This document shows positions 23,002 to 37,071 of a stretch of 64,000 bases of DNA, piece by piece. Position numbers and translations under genes: made by a program. How positions within the stretch are numbered: the stretch's first letter is position 1; each line of letters starts with the position of its first letter. Source of the DNA: Eledone cirrhosa. Taxonomy: Eukaryota. The DNA lies in contig OZ024740.1 in assembly GCA_964016885.1 (NCBI GenBank), positions 253,890,001 to 253,954,000 of the forward strand. The letters run 5' to 3'. Under the pieces are notes generated by a model. The model searched no databases. It was not told where the DNA came from and was given only the letters and a program-made list of their open reading frames with translations.

Positions 23002-24255
23002 GGCTGAACTAGAGAAGAAATTCCAAACATGGAAGCATGGCCTAGAATCAAAAGGCCTTAAAGTTAACTTGTCTAAGACTAAAGTTCTAGTTTGTAGGAA
23101 GGAAAATAGGGCACCGGTCCCATCCGGGAAATGGCCTTGCTCAGTGTGTATGAAAGGAGTAGGCAGAAACTCCATTTTATGTCCCAAATGCAAAGTATGA
23201 GTGCATAAAAGATGTAGTGGGATCACAGGTAAGCTAACTAAGAATATAGATTTTATATGTGGCTAGTGCTCTGGTGCAATAAGTAGCAGCAAGTGCCCAC
23301 AAAATACTAGCTCATTCCATTGCACAGATGGTTCTATAGAAATAGTGGACAGCTTCCGTTACCTGGGTGACAAAATCAGCAGTGGGGGAGGGTGTTCTGA
23401 AAGTACAGTAGCCAGAGTCAGAATGGGATGGAAAAAGTTCATTGGCCGCTAAAGGGTTCTCTCTAAAAATGAAAGGCAGGCTGTATGATGCCTGCATACG
23501 AACAGCAATGTTACATGGCAGTGAGACCTGGGCATTGTGTGCAGAGGATATACGCAGACTAGAGAGGAACGAAGCTTGCACGCTCCGCTGGATGTGTAAT
23601 AGTAATATACGTGAACGGCAAAGCATAAACGAACTAAGGGAGAAATTAGGAATAAGAGGGATCAGATGTTGTTTACTCAAGAGAAGACTACGTTGGTACG
23701 GTCACGTGATGCACATGAAAGACGACAGCTGTATAAAAAAGTGCAGGGCGATAAAAATAGACGGTAGCCACGGAGTAGGCAGTCCCAGAAAAACCTGGGA
23801 CGACTTGATAAATTCCGACCTCACACACTTACACCTCTGCAAGACAATGTCACTGGATTGAGATCTTTGGCGCTACACAGTAATACAGAAGACCCGCCTT
23901 GCCTAAGTACAAAGCAAAACCTATAGTCAGTAGGCACCTCTAACAAAAATACACCCCATCCACACCACCCCCTTCAATGTAAAGTTATGTTGGTACCACA
24001 ACATCCAGTCCAAAACAAATGAGGTCGTGTAGGTGTCATGACAAAAAAACACAGTCCACGCTGTAATGTGGCCGTGTAGGTAACACGGTAAAAACCTCCC
24101 AGTCCACACTGTAAACGTGGTTGGTGTTAGGAAGGGCATCCAGCCGAGAAAACTTGCCAGACAGTCCTATACGAGCCTCAAGTGGGAAAACTCCCGTCCA
24201 AACCCATGCAAGTGTGGAAGATGGACGTTAAACGATGAGGATGATGATGATGATA
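22995..24255 (+). mobile_element. RTE-like LINE subfamily A 3' half
   Basis: Highly similar to 8800-10112 (PHD, KGRLYDACIRTAMLHGSETW, RLRWYGHV, (GAT)n tail). Confidence 0.92.
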
Positions 24256-24679
24256 TATGTATACGGCAATGAATTTGTTTTGCAAGGTTTTTGATATGAG
24301 ATCAGGTGTTGAAACAAATGTTATATTTGGGGAGGGTGATATCGTTATAATATTGCCAGAAATAATAATAGAACACACTCATTGTTTGGTTTGGGTTGGT
24401 TTTCGCTTCTGTATCTATCAAAGTTCTTTTGTGACATATCTGTAACATCAGTGGTACTCTTGTTTCCTCCCATTGTATTGTACTTGTTTTAAGATGTTTG
24501 CTATGTACATTTTGAAGGAAACAGTGTTTTAAGAAACAAATTTGTTCTGTTGTTATTGTAGTTTTTATATAACAGAAAACAGTGCAAAACAAATTCATCG
24601 CCATCATGGCACTAGCTTATGCCAAGCTGAAAGGTTATTGAAAGACACTGTTTTCTGTTATATAAAAACTACATCTCAC

Positions 24680-27260
24680 TACATCTCTTGTGTACCCAAG
24701 ATCTGCATTGTGTACATTTTATAGAATTTATGCCAGCTCCTCTTCTACATATCGAACAGAGCCATTTCCCTGATGGAATCAGAGTTTTGTCCTCTTTTCT
24801 ACTTATCTACACTTTATTCTTAGCTAGGTTCACTCTGAGTCCTCTTGATTCCAACTGCTGTTTCCATAGCCAGAATTTATTCTCTAGCTCCTCTACTGAT
24901 TCTGCTATAATAACCAGATCATCAGCATAGAGAAGTTCCCATGGGCAGCCAGTCTTAAACTCCTCTGTTATGGGTTAGAGGACTATAATGAACAAGAGCG
25001 GGCTGAAGACCGAACCCTTATGTATTCCTACTAGTATCTGGAATTCGTCACTAAACTCCATTCCTACTCACACTTTACTGACAGCACCCCTGTACATAGC
25101 TTGCACTGTCCTCACAATCCATCCCTATACACCTAGTTTCCTTAGGGACCACCAGATGACAGATACCCTATCAAAGGGATAGGGTACCCTATCAAATGCC
25201 TTCTCTAAGTCAACAAAAGCTAAGTGGAGTGGCTTATTCTTCTCTAAGAACCTCTCTTGTAGTTGTCTCACCAAGAAGAGGGCATCTGTTGTACTTTACC
25301 TGGGCACAAAACCAAACTGAATCGCATCTAATTTGACCCTTTCTCTAATTAGTTGTGCTAATATTCTTTCTGCCACTTTCATAACCTGATCCATCAGTTT
25401 TATGTCCCTACAATTGCTCCTCTCCAGAGCATCCCCTTTACCTTTGTAGCAATTTATGAGAATACTGCTGCACCAGTCTTTGGGTATGACACCATATATA
25501 GCCTGATTGATGATGCGTGCAACCAGTTTAGTGCCTACTTCTCCTGATGCCTTCAGCATCTCAGCAACTATCCCCGATGGTCCAGCGGCCTTACCATTTT
25601 TTATTTCCTTAATTGCCTCTTGGACCCTATATTCGTCAATCTCAATAGCTGGTCCCTCTGTCGGGTCTATTGGGGGTAGTTTCTCCCCCTCCCATTCGTT
25701 CTCCACATTCATCAGTCTCTCATAATGACATTTCCAGGCCTCCTTTTTCTGATCATTCGTGACACTAAGTACAACGGCATCATCCCGGACACATTTATCT
25801 CCAACAATATCCTGATTTACACTGACACACTGCCTTGCAATGTGGAACACCGCACATCTCTGATCTTCCCATCACAGAACATTGGCAAACTCCTACTCTC
25901 AGCCTCCCTGCGTGCTAAGTACACCTGATGTCTAGCTTCTCTCTTAGCGGCTGTGTATTGGTCTCTACTCCCACCATTTTTCCAAGTGTTCCATGCTTGT
26001 CTTTTGTCTCTAATGGCCCTATCTACCGTGCTCTTCCACCACCAAGTCACTCTGTCTGGTCGGAGCTCTGCTCCAGCCACAAGTTTCATCAGTAGCCTAC
26101 AGTAAGTTGTCAAGTAAGAAATTCCAGTTATCATCTATGTCATACAATTCTAAATCGTCTTCTTTTTTGTCATACACATCTTGAAGGGCTTTCATAAATT
26201 TATATTTTAGTGAAAGGTCCTTTATCTTGCAGACCTTCTTTTTCCACACCTTCCTGTATGTTTCATTTTGTCTCTTGCTTATTGAGATGTCACTAACGAC
26301 TAACCTATGCTGTGGGGTACATTCTTACCCGGGGTATGCCTTAGTATTTGACATCATCTGTCTGTCTCACTGCCTAACTAGCGAGAAGTCAATCTGGCTT
26401 ATGTGGTCGCCTGATTTGTAGGTTATTAGGTGGTCGGTAGGTTTCTTGAAGTAAGTTTTGCAAATGGTTAGTGCACTTGCATCACAAAATTCAAGAAGCC
26501 TCACTCCTTCTTCATTTCTTGAGCTGTAACCGTGCCCACCATGTACCCCAGTGTATCCATCCTGGAGTTGTTCAAGATGACCATTGAAGTCTCCTGCTAG
26601 CATAACGACGTCTCCGTCCTATGTCATTGTGGCTGTTTCTAAAAGTTGCTCGTAAAAGCAGTCTTTCTCTTCTTTACCTAGGCCCACCTGGGGAGCATAG
26701 GTAGAGATGATTGCCTACATCGAATCTAATCTTAATTATTCTATTACTGATTCTAACTACCTCTATTGTCTTATTGATCCACCTCTCAGCCAGTAAAATG
26801 CCTACCCCACCTAACCCATCATCATTACCTACCCAGAAAAGCTTATAACTAAGATGTTTGCCTGTGATTAGTCTTGCTGAAGCACCTCTCCATCTCACCT
26901 CTTGCACACATCCACATGTCTTCTCTCCAGCATCTCCACTATCTCACCAGATCTACCTATTAGAGTGCCAACATTAAGTGTTGCAACTCTGAGATGCGAC
27001 GTTTTCATATTCTTGTTCTTGTTGTGCAATTGCTTGAAGATGGTCGGGGGGTTCTCGCACATGGCCACACCAGCCACCCCACTACCATGTGCAGCCCTTA
27101 CATGGTTAGTGTTATTGCTGTTTACACAGTTATTACAATACTTATTTGTTGTGCTAATAATTTTTGGCATTAATATATACTGGTTGGATGCCCTTCCTAA
27201 CATCAGCACCACTTTACACCATGGACTGAGTGCTTTTATTCAATGCTACCAGCACTAGAG
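24680..27260 (-). mobile_element. RTE-like LINE subfamily B, 5' two thirds (5' UTR, APE, RT up to the PHD)
   Basis: LRVATLNVGTL, QEVRWRG, LAGDFNGH, SQIDFSL, GKAAGPSG, QFGFVP, LYADD; truncated inside the PHD finger. Confidence 0.9.
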
Positions 27261-27514
27261 AGGTTATATATAAGAAAATGAGGCTCTTTTTATTAAAAAA
27301 CGAGATGTCCTACACGGGTGAAGCATAAGGAAAAGAAATAGAGAGGGTCATATTGTTATCATATTGCCAGAAATAATAATGAAACATACTGTTTAGTTTG
27401 GATTGATTTTCGCTTCTGTATATTTTATATCACTATAGTTAATTTAGCTGGCAATCAATGTTTATCATTGATTGACCGACCATAAAAAAATATAGATATA
27501 AATATATATATATA

Positions 27515-29625
27515 GTCTATGAAAGTTCCTTCATCACACACCTGTGACATCATCAGTGGTACTATTATGTTTCTTACTATTGTATTGTAATGTTTACTTA
27601 TCCTATTTTCTATTTATTGATTTATTCTTGTCTCTGTTTGCACATGCGTTTTTTTATGTGTGTTTGTGTCTGAGTCTGTGTGTTTGTATTTTATCTTTGT
27701 TCACTATTGTGTGGTTGTTGTTATTGTACCTGTGTATATATTTTTATATATATCTTAGGTCTCTATGGTTGTTGTTGCTATTCCATTCATTTTTTTGTTT
27801 AGCTTCAGTTTTCTTAGTTCTATTTCGGTTGCTTTCCTAATTTGTCTACCTGTTTAGTCATTTCTATGTTTAGATATTATTTTAATTTCTATGTTGTCTA
27901 TACTACCATCATGTCTTAGTCTGGCATGTTCATATAGTACCGAACCATCTTTTTGTCCTTTTAGATCAACCCGCTGTTGGTCTATACTCTCCCCTATGCT
28001 CCGGGCTCTCTCTTCTATGTATGTTGTTGTCATGTTTCTGGAAGTACCCTCTGTACATAGACTACATTTCTAGTTTTATAATTTATTTGTGGATTTATTC
28101 TTCATATAACACATTTCATATTAGTACAGTGGGTTTTCTTAAAGGGTTTTGCTGATCAGGGATTATATGGTAATTCCAGGTTTTTCTACCACTTTAAATA
28201 GATCTTTAAATAGATCTTTTACCCACGAACGTGACACTCTGGTATCTCTGGTTGTCGTACCACGAAGTAACTTTCCCTACCTTATCTTTAGTCCTATCTA
28301 TGCTATTCCATGATTTGCTCTTGTACAGTGGCCAAATCCCTTTCATGTCCATCTCTATGAGGGTCTTATATTTCTCCGTGGCTCCTTAATACACCCCTGA
28401 TTCTGTCTATTTGGTTGTAGCCAGAGAACTGCGTGTGACTGATGATGTGTTGTACGTGTATCTCCAGATCACATATGCAGGACACATTCTTCATCACTCT
28501 TACCAGGTCAGCGATCACAATATTAAACTTAGCATTATTGGACATCGCTGAGTTTTTGTGTATAAGGTATTTGGAGGCCATGGGTTTAGCATAATGTGAG
28601 TGGAGAATTTAGGTTTTCTCGTTTATAGAGTGTAACCAGAGTTCAGTGTCTAATACTGGTAGTCTATTGTTAGGGTGTTTGGAAGGGTAGTCAATAGTTA
28701 CTGTGATGCTCTGGTGTATGGAATTACCTAAATGTACGCGAATGGCAAAGCATAAACGAATTGAGAGAGAGACTAAGCATAAGATGTATCAAATTTTGTG
28801 TTCTGGAGAGGAGATTGCGTTGGTATGTACATGTGATGCGTATGAAGGATGACAGCTGTATATAAAAGTGCAGAGCAATCAAAATTGATGGAAGCTACGG
28901 AATGGGTAGACCAAGAAATACCTGGGACGAGGTGATAAAAACTGACCTTGCTCACTTACACCTCTCTAAGACAATGGCACTGGATCCAGATCTTTGGCAC
29001 TATGCAGTTGTACAGAAGACTCGCCTTCCCATGCATACAAACTTAAACATACAGTCAGTAGGCACCTCTTAACCCAATATACACCCCACCCCACCTCACC
29101 CTACTTTATTCTCCCATTCCCGTCCACTGTAGAGTGGTCGTGTCACCTACATGATAAAAAGCACCCAGTCCACACTGTAAAGTGGTCGTGTAGGAGACAC
29201 AGCAAAAAGGCTCCCAATCCACACTGTAAATGTGGTTGGTGTTAGGAATGGCATCCAGCCATAGAAAACCTGCCAGAGACAGTTCTGTATGAGAGAGACA
29301 TGGTCTCCTGACCAATCTTACCTCAAGTGGGACAAAACCGTCCAACCCATGATAGCGTGGAAGATGGATGTTAAACGATGATGATGATGATGATTGATAT
29401 CAACTACGTAACAAGAGTACATGACGAGGGCAATGGAGTTCTCTGCTAGGCGTTCTCTGAGTCTCCTTTCTCACCATACCATAAATAGGTTAGCAATATC
29501 ACCAGCTATGCTGACACCAATAGTTGCTCCTTCATGTTAGGTGTAAATTTTCTGATTAAATTTGAACATATGGCCCTTTAGGGTAGTTTTAATACTATCC
29601 CCTACCGCATGTGCGATCATTGTTC
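27515..29625 (-). mobile_element. Penelope-like element related to 10320-12865, decayed and interrupted by a LINE 3' fragment
   Basis: HYAKPMASKYLIHKNSA, IADLVRVM, QFSGY, YIEERARSIGE; MYSCYVVDI and GVSIAGDIANL at 29400-29520; degenerate hammerhead at 27521-27560. Confidence 0.82.
28730..29395 (+). mobile_element. RTE-like LINE subfamily A 3' fragment nested in a PLE
   Basis: Homologous to 9400-10112; (GAT)n tail. Confidence 0.85.
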
Positions 29626-29649
29626 TTCCTCCTTCAATCTATGGTTCCC

Positions 29650-32180
29650 CTCACTTCTACAGTGAGTGTTTCCAGAATTCGATGACTGTGGTTTGACACA
29701 TGGGAAAGCATCTTATTTCATCACAGTAGCAACTAATCCTAACTGAGATGAAATAAAAAAAATAGTCTACAGCCTGGTGAAGAACCTAGAGACAGTCCTT
29801 ATATTTGTGCAAGAGTCTTCAATATCAAGTATGACAGCCTCGTGGATGACATACTGAAAGAAAATGTCCTAGGAAAAGTTGTGGCTCATTCTGCTACAAT
29901 AAAGTGGCAGAAACGAGGCCTCACTCATGCTCATATTCTGCTGATAATGGCTGAAGATAGCAAGCCCAAAACTGCAGATGCCATTGATCAGGTAATGTAC
30001 TGTCAGATTCCTGCAACATTCATGGCCCATGTGGACAAGTTAATATAATGCGTTCATGTATAGAAGGGCTAGGACAACAACGCCATTGCTCAAACCATTC
30101 AGACAAACCACATTTGTTGCCGAAAATTCCTTTCCAGAGTATAGAAGAAGGGATAGACAGCATGGTGGTCACATCCATACAATCCAACTTAGAGGTCAAG
30201 AATTTACTGTTGATAATCGTTGGATTGTTCCATACAACCCTTTCCTCTCATTGAGATATCAGTGCCACATCAATTGTGAGGTTTCCACAGTGTCAAGGCT
30301 GTTAAGTACTTATATAAGTATATCACGAAAGGATCGGACAAGAACACTTTCACTATTAAGGATGATCGAGGAAATTGTGTCCATGCCCAAAATGAGATTG
30401 AGGCACAGTACATCTCAGCCAATGTAGCATTCTGAAGAATCTATAAATTTCTCAGTGGACATCAATCTGAGTTATATTATTTCAGGATGATCCTACATTA
30501 CAAGGCTGGGTCAACTTCATACAAAGATTTGAGGACAATTGAAGGAGTTGAATTTCCAACATTCCAAGAAGCATACAGGAAACTTGGTCTGTTGGATGAA
30601 GATGGAGACAAAGCTATGGCAGAGGCCTCATCCATTATGCTTGGTCCTCAGCTGCAAGAGATCTTCTGCACCATTTTATTGTACTGCATGCCAAGTGACC
30701 CTCTGCAGTTCTGGGAGAAATCGAAGAATTGTCTTGCAGAGGAAATCATGCATGAACATCATGAGCAAGTTATGTCCAAGAAAACTGTGCAGATTGTTCT
30801 ACTGAAGATCCAACAAAGACTTCAACATGATGGCTTGGACATTCATGTCAACTATGAATTTCCTTGGCCAGACACAACTATTGTTGCCATACCAGAAATC
30901 AACAGGGTTCTTATGGCAGAAACTGATTTCAATGCACACCAACTGCAAGCAAACATAAATGAACTTCTGCCAACATTGAATCCTGAGCAACTGGTTATTT
31001 TTCACAAAGTCATCATCTTTGTAAATGAAAATGAAGGTAGAATTTTTTGCTTGAATGCAAGTGCAGGCACAGGAAAGACTTATGTCATCAATATCATTTT
31101 GGATTACCTCCAGTCTCTAAAGAAAATTGGACTTGCCACTGCCATATCTGGAATAGCGGCCACTTTGCTTCATTCTAAGTGCAAGATTCCTTTCAATGTG
31201 ACTACTGAACCAACTTGCTCCTTCACAAAGAGGGATGCCACAGGTAAACTTATGCAGCAAGCTGACCTGCTAATCATTGGTGAGATAATTATGGGACATA
31301 AACATATCTTTGAATACATTGACAGGAGCTTCAAAGATGTTCGAGATTGCAAAAGCCATTTGGTGGTCTAACAGTATTACTATCTGGTGACTGGAAGCAC
31401 ATTCTTCCAGTTGTACATCATGGTGCTAGACCACAAATAGTTGAGGCAACCATCAAGAGATCTTATCTCTGGGACTATGTGGAAACCATAGAGATGACAA
31501 CCAATCAACGGTTACTAATGCGGCGGATTCTGATGAAAGTTTGCAAACTACCTTCTTGATGTGGGAAACGGTAACATTCCAACTGTACCAACTTCGCAAT
31601 TCCTCTGCCAAATGAATTTCGTCTGGAATATGGTAATGTGTCTGGACTGTGTGACTTAGTGTATACAAATCTTCCAGGAAACTACACAAACCACTATGGC
31701 TTGCAAATAGAGCCATTATCACTCCAACAAATGATGCAGCAAGATTGGTGAATGAGTTTATATTCAACAAGTTCCTTGGTCATGAAAGAATCTACAGAAG
31801 CTCTGATTCAGTAGATAATGAACTGCAATATCCAATTGAGTTCATCAACAAACTTACCCCATCAGGCTTCCCAACACACATACTTAAACTGAAGACAGGC
31901 AGTTGCATCATGCTTCTGAGAAATCTGGATCCTCTAAACAGACATTGCAGTGGTACACACTACATCGTCATCAGTTTACATAATTGAACCTTACAGGCAA
32001 CAAAGTGCAAGGGCAGACATTTGAAAAGATAGGTGTATATTTACCAACACAATTTTTCTCACATGGTCAGATGTATGTTGCATTATCAAGAGTTAGAAAA
32101 AAAGAAAATATAAAAAATATTAAATGAAAGGGGGCTGTTTGCTGACAACTGTGTCTACAAAGAAATTCTACAATGATATG
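29650..32180 (+). mobile_element. Helitron RepHel remnant (HUH Rep + Pif1 helicase), internally deleted
   Basis: Rep motif WQKRGLTHAHILL; VDNRWIVPYNPFLSLRYQCHINCE; Walker A ASAGTGKT; GIAATLL; FGGLTVLLSGDW..ILPVV; IMLLRNL; FSHGQMYVALSRV. Confidence 0.92.
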
Positions 32181-33683
32181 GAACAGCTATCACTCTCTTT
32201 TAATTGAAATGCATTTTAGTTTCTTTTTAATTGCTAGAAAAGGGGACACTACAAAAACTTAAGCAGTCTATATGTGAATACAGTAAAACAACAATATAAG
32301 GAAAGTCAACTCTTCATATTGGTAAATGTAATTCATTCCTTCATACCAGCAGCATCTATTTTCAAATTCACTGCTTGAAGCTTCCCATAGACATTCTCAA
32401 GTGAGGATTCATGAACATTTTCTGTCAATAGCTTCATCACTTTTCCATCTTCATTATCGTCTTTTTTAAATGTATTATGGATTACTTTACTGATTACAGA
32501 AGTAAGTGTAACACAGTCTTTGTTCAATTTATGTGCATATTGTCAATTTACTTTTCAATTTACATATTGTATCTATATGCATATACATATATATTTGCGT
32601 ATGATATAAATATGCACACTACATATGCCAGCAGAAAACTGCTCGAATCTGTCTACACCTTGACCCCTGGGTGACATTCAATGGTCTCTTTTCGGGCGTC
32701 AACAGGTATGAAATTGGATGCCCTCAAAAGTCAGCTCTTTGTTCCCAAGTCTTGGAGACTGAGGAAGCGACATGGATAAATAGCCTGCCTTAGATCAGGC
32801 CAAGTAAATTTGGAACGATTCTTGATAGAGTAAACATGTAAACATTTGCTTTCTACAGACCTCTTGAGGTCTTACAGACTCTTACCTTCTCTTACTCTCT
32901 CTCTTTCACTCAATCTATCTCTTGGTCTCTCTCTTAACCAAGACAGTGAACTTCATGAAGTTTTCTTGGTAAATACGACTTTAACTCTACTTTTACAAAC
33001 AAACAAATAACGTCCACAATTCTTGTGTATTTTTTGTATAGCTTCAGTGTGAGTTATAATCAATAAATTAAAAATATAGTGGCTTGGTATTATCGTGGTT
33101 CATTTATATATATTCATTTTCTGCGTGATCAAGGAACTATCATATCATCATCATCTTAATGAACACTTACTCACTTACTTGCACACATGCAACCTCTGGT
33201 CACACTGTATCACACAACAGTGACCACATGACACAGCAAGCTACAAGTGAGCACACATACAACATACGAATCAACACCACAACATGATCAACCTTCAACA
33301 TTACTATGAAATCCTCGGTATAGTTCTTCTGCTAGTCCGTATAATAGATTTATGTAATAAAATGATGTACGAATAAAACCGTCTCTCTTATTCATATAAT
33401 ATTAAAACTTCGGTTGATACCTTACCAAGAAAATCCTAAGGAATACAAATTGTAGAGTGCTTTACATCTATTTACAAAAAAGTCAGCAAATTGTATGATT
33501 AACCAACTTTCATCAATTAGACAATATGCATATAGATATATATGTATGTATATATATATATGTAGAAGGTTAGTAATATTATAGAACAATAAAATTATGC
33601 ATATATCAGATAAGTAGCACTCAACAGTTGATAGAACTGGAGTATATATTACAGAAGAAATTATTGTTACCTTATTTTATCTG

Positions 33684-33884
33684 ATGAACATTAACTATTC
33701 TTTACTTTGGAATATTATTTCCAAAGCTCCTCCATTTAACGCCTCTTCGGAAAATTGTGCTCTTTGTATAGAGGAAATATTCTTTATATTAAAAAGCAAA
33801 AATTCTGTGAATTTAAGGAACAATCTTTTCAGTTACTGCAAACATAGATTAAATTCAACGTTTAAATATAAATTTAAAATGTAA
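33684..33884 (+). mobile_element. Naiad-like PLE GIY-YIG C-terminal fragment
   Basis: WNIISKAPPFN...CALCIEE...NLRNNLFSYCKH, paralleling 37552-37758. Confidence 0.7.
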
Positions 33885-34355
33885 TATATAACTCATCTTA
33901 TTAAACCTATCGATAAATCATTAGATTCCTTCATACGACTGCCAAAAACTCTTAAATGAGGGAAAATTTTTTCCTTAACATTTTTCCTTGAAAATTCTTC
34001 TAGGTAAACATACTGAAAGTTTTTAAAAAAATGGGTATAAAAAATTAAGATAAACATACTGAAAGTTTCTAAAAAAAAGTTTTTTTTGTTAATTCCTCTG
34101 ATGGATATAAAAAATTATAATTCATATTTTATACTGTGTTTTTTCGATATATTCTTATATATATTTTAAAAATTACATTGCTTAAAATTATATAATTATG
34201 TCTTTTTTAAAAATTGTAATTCCTTTTAAAATTATAACTCATATTTTATTTTATATTATGTATTTTCTATTTATATATATGTGTATATGTATGTGTGTAT
34301 ATGTATGTATATATATATATGTGTGTATATATGCATATGTATGCATGTATGTATG

Positions 34356-34407
<52 letters not shown>

Positions 34408-34880
34408 AATGTATAATTTGAATACATTCTATGAATGAACTCATATAAAAGGTCTCTTACGGTTTATGCTTTAGATATATTCTTATGAAAAACTTTAAAC
34501 ATTAAGACGTTATAGTAAACAAACTTATATTTTAACAGTCACAACTGTATAACAGGTGGATTTATAAAATATATAAAATTTATAAAATTATAACTTAATA
34601 TCAAATAATATAAGGTTCTCTTATAATCTTAACTTTTATAACATTTCATCCTTAGAGGTATCTAAATTACAAATAAATCAATAAATTTTCCATCACGCTG
34701 TATTGCTCTTACTAAGAAGAGATTTTTCTTTGGTAAAATCTCTGAACATTCCTATATTTTAAACATATATTTTGTTATTTCTTATAAGTTTTATTGTTAA
34801 TTGAAAAATTAATAATTAATTGTTGGTTGATTAATAATAAATTTATGTAAGGTTATGTAATAATAACATATATTTTGATA

Positions 34881-34925
<45 letters not shown>

Positions 34926-35365
34926 TGTGTATATATATATTCTTTTATTATATATTCTTTTAATAATATATAGATCTCAATTTTTAATTTATAGATTTCA
35001 ATTTAATCAAATTTAAACATTAGATAAAATTCTCCGGTTATTACTATTTATTTATTTATTTATCCACGTTTTATTTATCTTTTCGCTTCATCATCTCATA
35101 AAATTATGTTAATACAACACTCTCTCACTTAGGGTTTTCTCTCTTTCTCTTTCTTTTGTTTTTCTTTCGTTCTTTCTTTTTCCTTTTCTTTTTTCCCTAT
35201 TCCAACGGCTTAATTTAAATGTATGGGATTTAAACCTTTCCGACACTAATTTGCATAATAGACCAATAATAAAATTAGTAACCCCACTATCCGGGAGCTT
35301 CCAACCGACATGGTCGCATTCTTTAAGGGTATGTCAATATTTGTTTATAAAACTGATCTATATTA

Positions 35366-35430
35366 TATTTTATCTGATGAAAGCGCACTATAATTTGTTT
35401 TGGTGTCCTTGAAATATGTATAATGAAATA
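35366..35430 (+). ncRNA. Type I hammerhead ribozyme candidate (PLE pLTR remnant)
   Basis: UAUUUUAU-CUGAUGA-AAGCGCACUA...UGGUGUCCUU-GAAA-UAUGUA-UA-AUGAAAUA: intact core, 8-bp stem I (one G-U), ~9-bp stem II. Confidence 0.7.
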
Positions 35431-35574
35431 AATATGGTTTTATAAATATAGTTTCCATTTGTTAATATATTGTATTTTTACTCCAAAAATTTGTTGAGTG
35501 CTTTATATCAGTTATAAAAATATTTGCTTGTTGTATCCCAACAAATTAAATATAACCTCTACATATATATATAT

Positions 35575-36672
35575 ATAAAAGATGTAGTGGGATCAGAGGC
35601 AGGCTATCATAGAAAGTAGGTTTTATACGCGACTGATGCTCAGGTGCAGTAAGTAGCAAGTGCCCGCAGGGTACTTGCTCTTTAAAATGCCCAGATAGTC
35701 AGCACTTTCTGTTATCTGGGTGATGAAATCAACAGTGGAGGAGGGTGTTCCGAAAGTACAGTAGCCAGAGTAAGAACGGCATGGAGAAAGTTCAGAGAGA
35801 TAATACCGCTGTTAGCTACAAAAGGTTTTTTCCTAAAAATGAAGGGCAGATTGTATGATGCTTGTATACAAACAGCAATGTTACATGGTAGTGAAACCTT
35901 GGCATTGTACGCAGAGGACCTGAGAAGATTGGAAAGAAATGAAGCATGCATGCTCCGATGGATGCGTAATAATAATATACACAAACAGCAAAGCATAACT
36001 GAACTAAGTGAGAAATTAGGTATAAGAGGGATCAGATGCAGTATACATGACCATACTGCGTTGATATGGTCATGTGATGCATATGAAGCACAACAGCTGT
36101 ATAAAAAGGTGCAAGTTGATAAAAATTGATGGAAGCTATGGAGTAGGAAGACGTTGGATGAAGTGATAAAAGCTGACCTTGCACAATTTCACCTTTCAAA
36201 GACAATGACAGAGGATCGAAATCTTTGGTGTAATACAGTAATACAGAAGACCCGCCTTCCTTTGCGCACAGTCTCAAACATGCAGTAGGCACCTTTTAAT
36301 CCACTAATACACTTTAAACCCCCACACTCCTATACCACCCTCCTACTTCTTTCCACACCACCCTTGCACTGAAAAGTTATGTTGGTATCAGAAAAGCACC
36401 CAGCCCTCACTGTAAAGTCGTCATGTAGGTGTCACAACTAAAAGCACCCAGCCCACATTGTAAAGTCGTCATGTAGAAGTCATGACAAAAAGCACCCAGC
36501 ACACTCTATAAATGTGGTTGACATTAGAAAAGGCATCCAGCCATTAAAATCTAGTCAGAAACAGTCCTATATGAGCAAGACATGGTCTCTTGACCTAACT
36601 TGCCTCAACTAGGACAACCTGTCTAACCCATGCTAGCATGGAAAATGGACATTAAACGATGATGATGATGAA
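35575..36672 (+). mobile_element. RTE-like LINE subfamily A 3' fragment
   Basis: MKGRLYDACIQTAMLHGSETL; shared tail and (GAT)n. Confidence 0.88.
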
Positions 36673-37031
36673 TATGATGATATGTACATATGTCTATATA
36701 TATATGTGTATGTGTATGTGTATATATATATACGTGTTATTTAACCTGATAATTTTTTTGTTGCTTTGGTGTTGTGACTAGGCTTGCCTGCCACAGTTTT
36801 CAATTTGTCTTGCTATCTAACATATGTTATTACACTGAGCTACCTTGAGTGCTTGGCTGCATAATTCCTAATTGTATTTCGTTAGTTTGGCTACAGCTGT
36901 AACTTCAATTTTACTAAACTTCCATTTGTATGTATGTATATATATGGTGGGTTATATCCTTAGTAGTAGAACACTCAGTCCATGGGATGAGTTTGATAGA
37001 AGTAGTTCCACAACAGTTAATTCATCACTTC

Positions 37032-37071
37032 TGAGAACCATTTGTTTCACCTAAGACAAATCATCAGCTCA
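37032..37071 (-). ncRNA. Hammerhead ribozyme motif, inverted copy
   Basis: Minus strand UGAG-CUGAUGA-UUUGUCUUAGGU-GAAA-CAAAUGG-UU-CUCA; stems II and III partly decayed. Confidence 0.6.

Noticed and set aside
30487-31371. Host PIF1 helicase gene
   Set aside because: Preceded by Helitron Rep motifs, intronless, with frameshifts and degenerate motifs: a Helitron remnant
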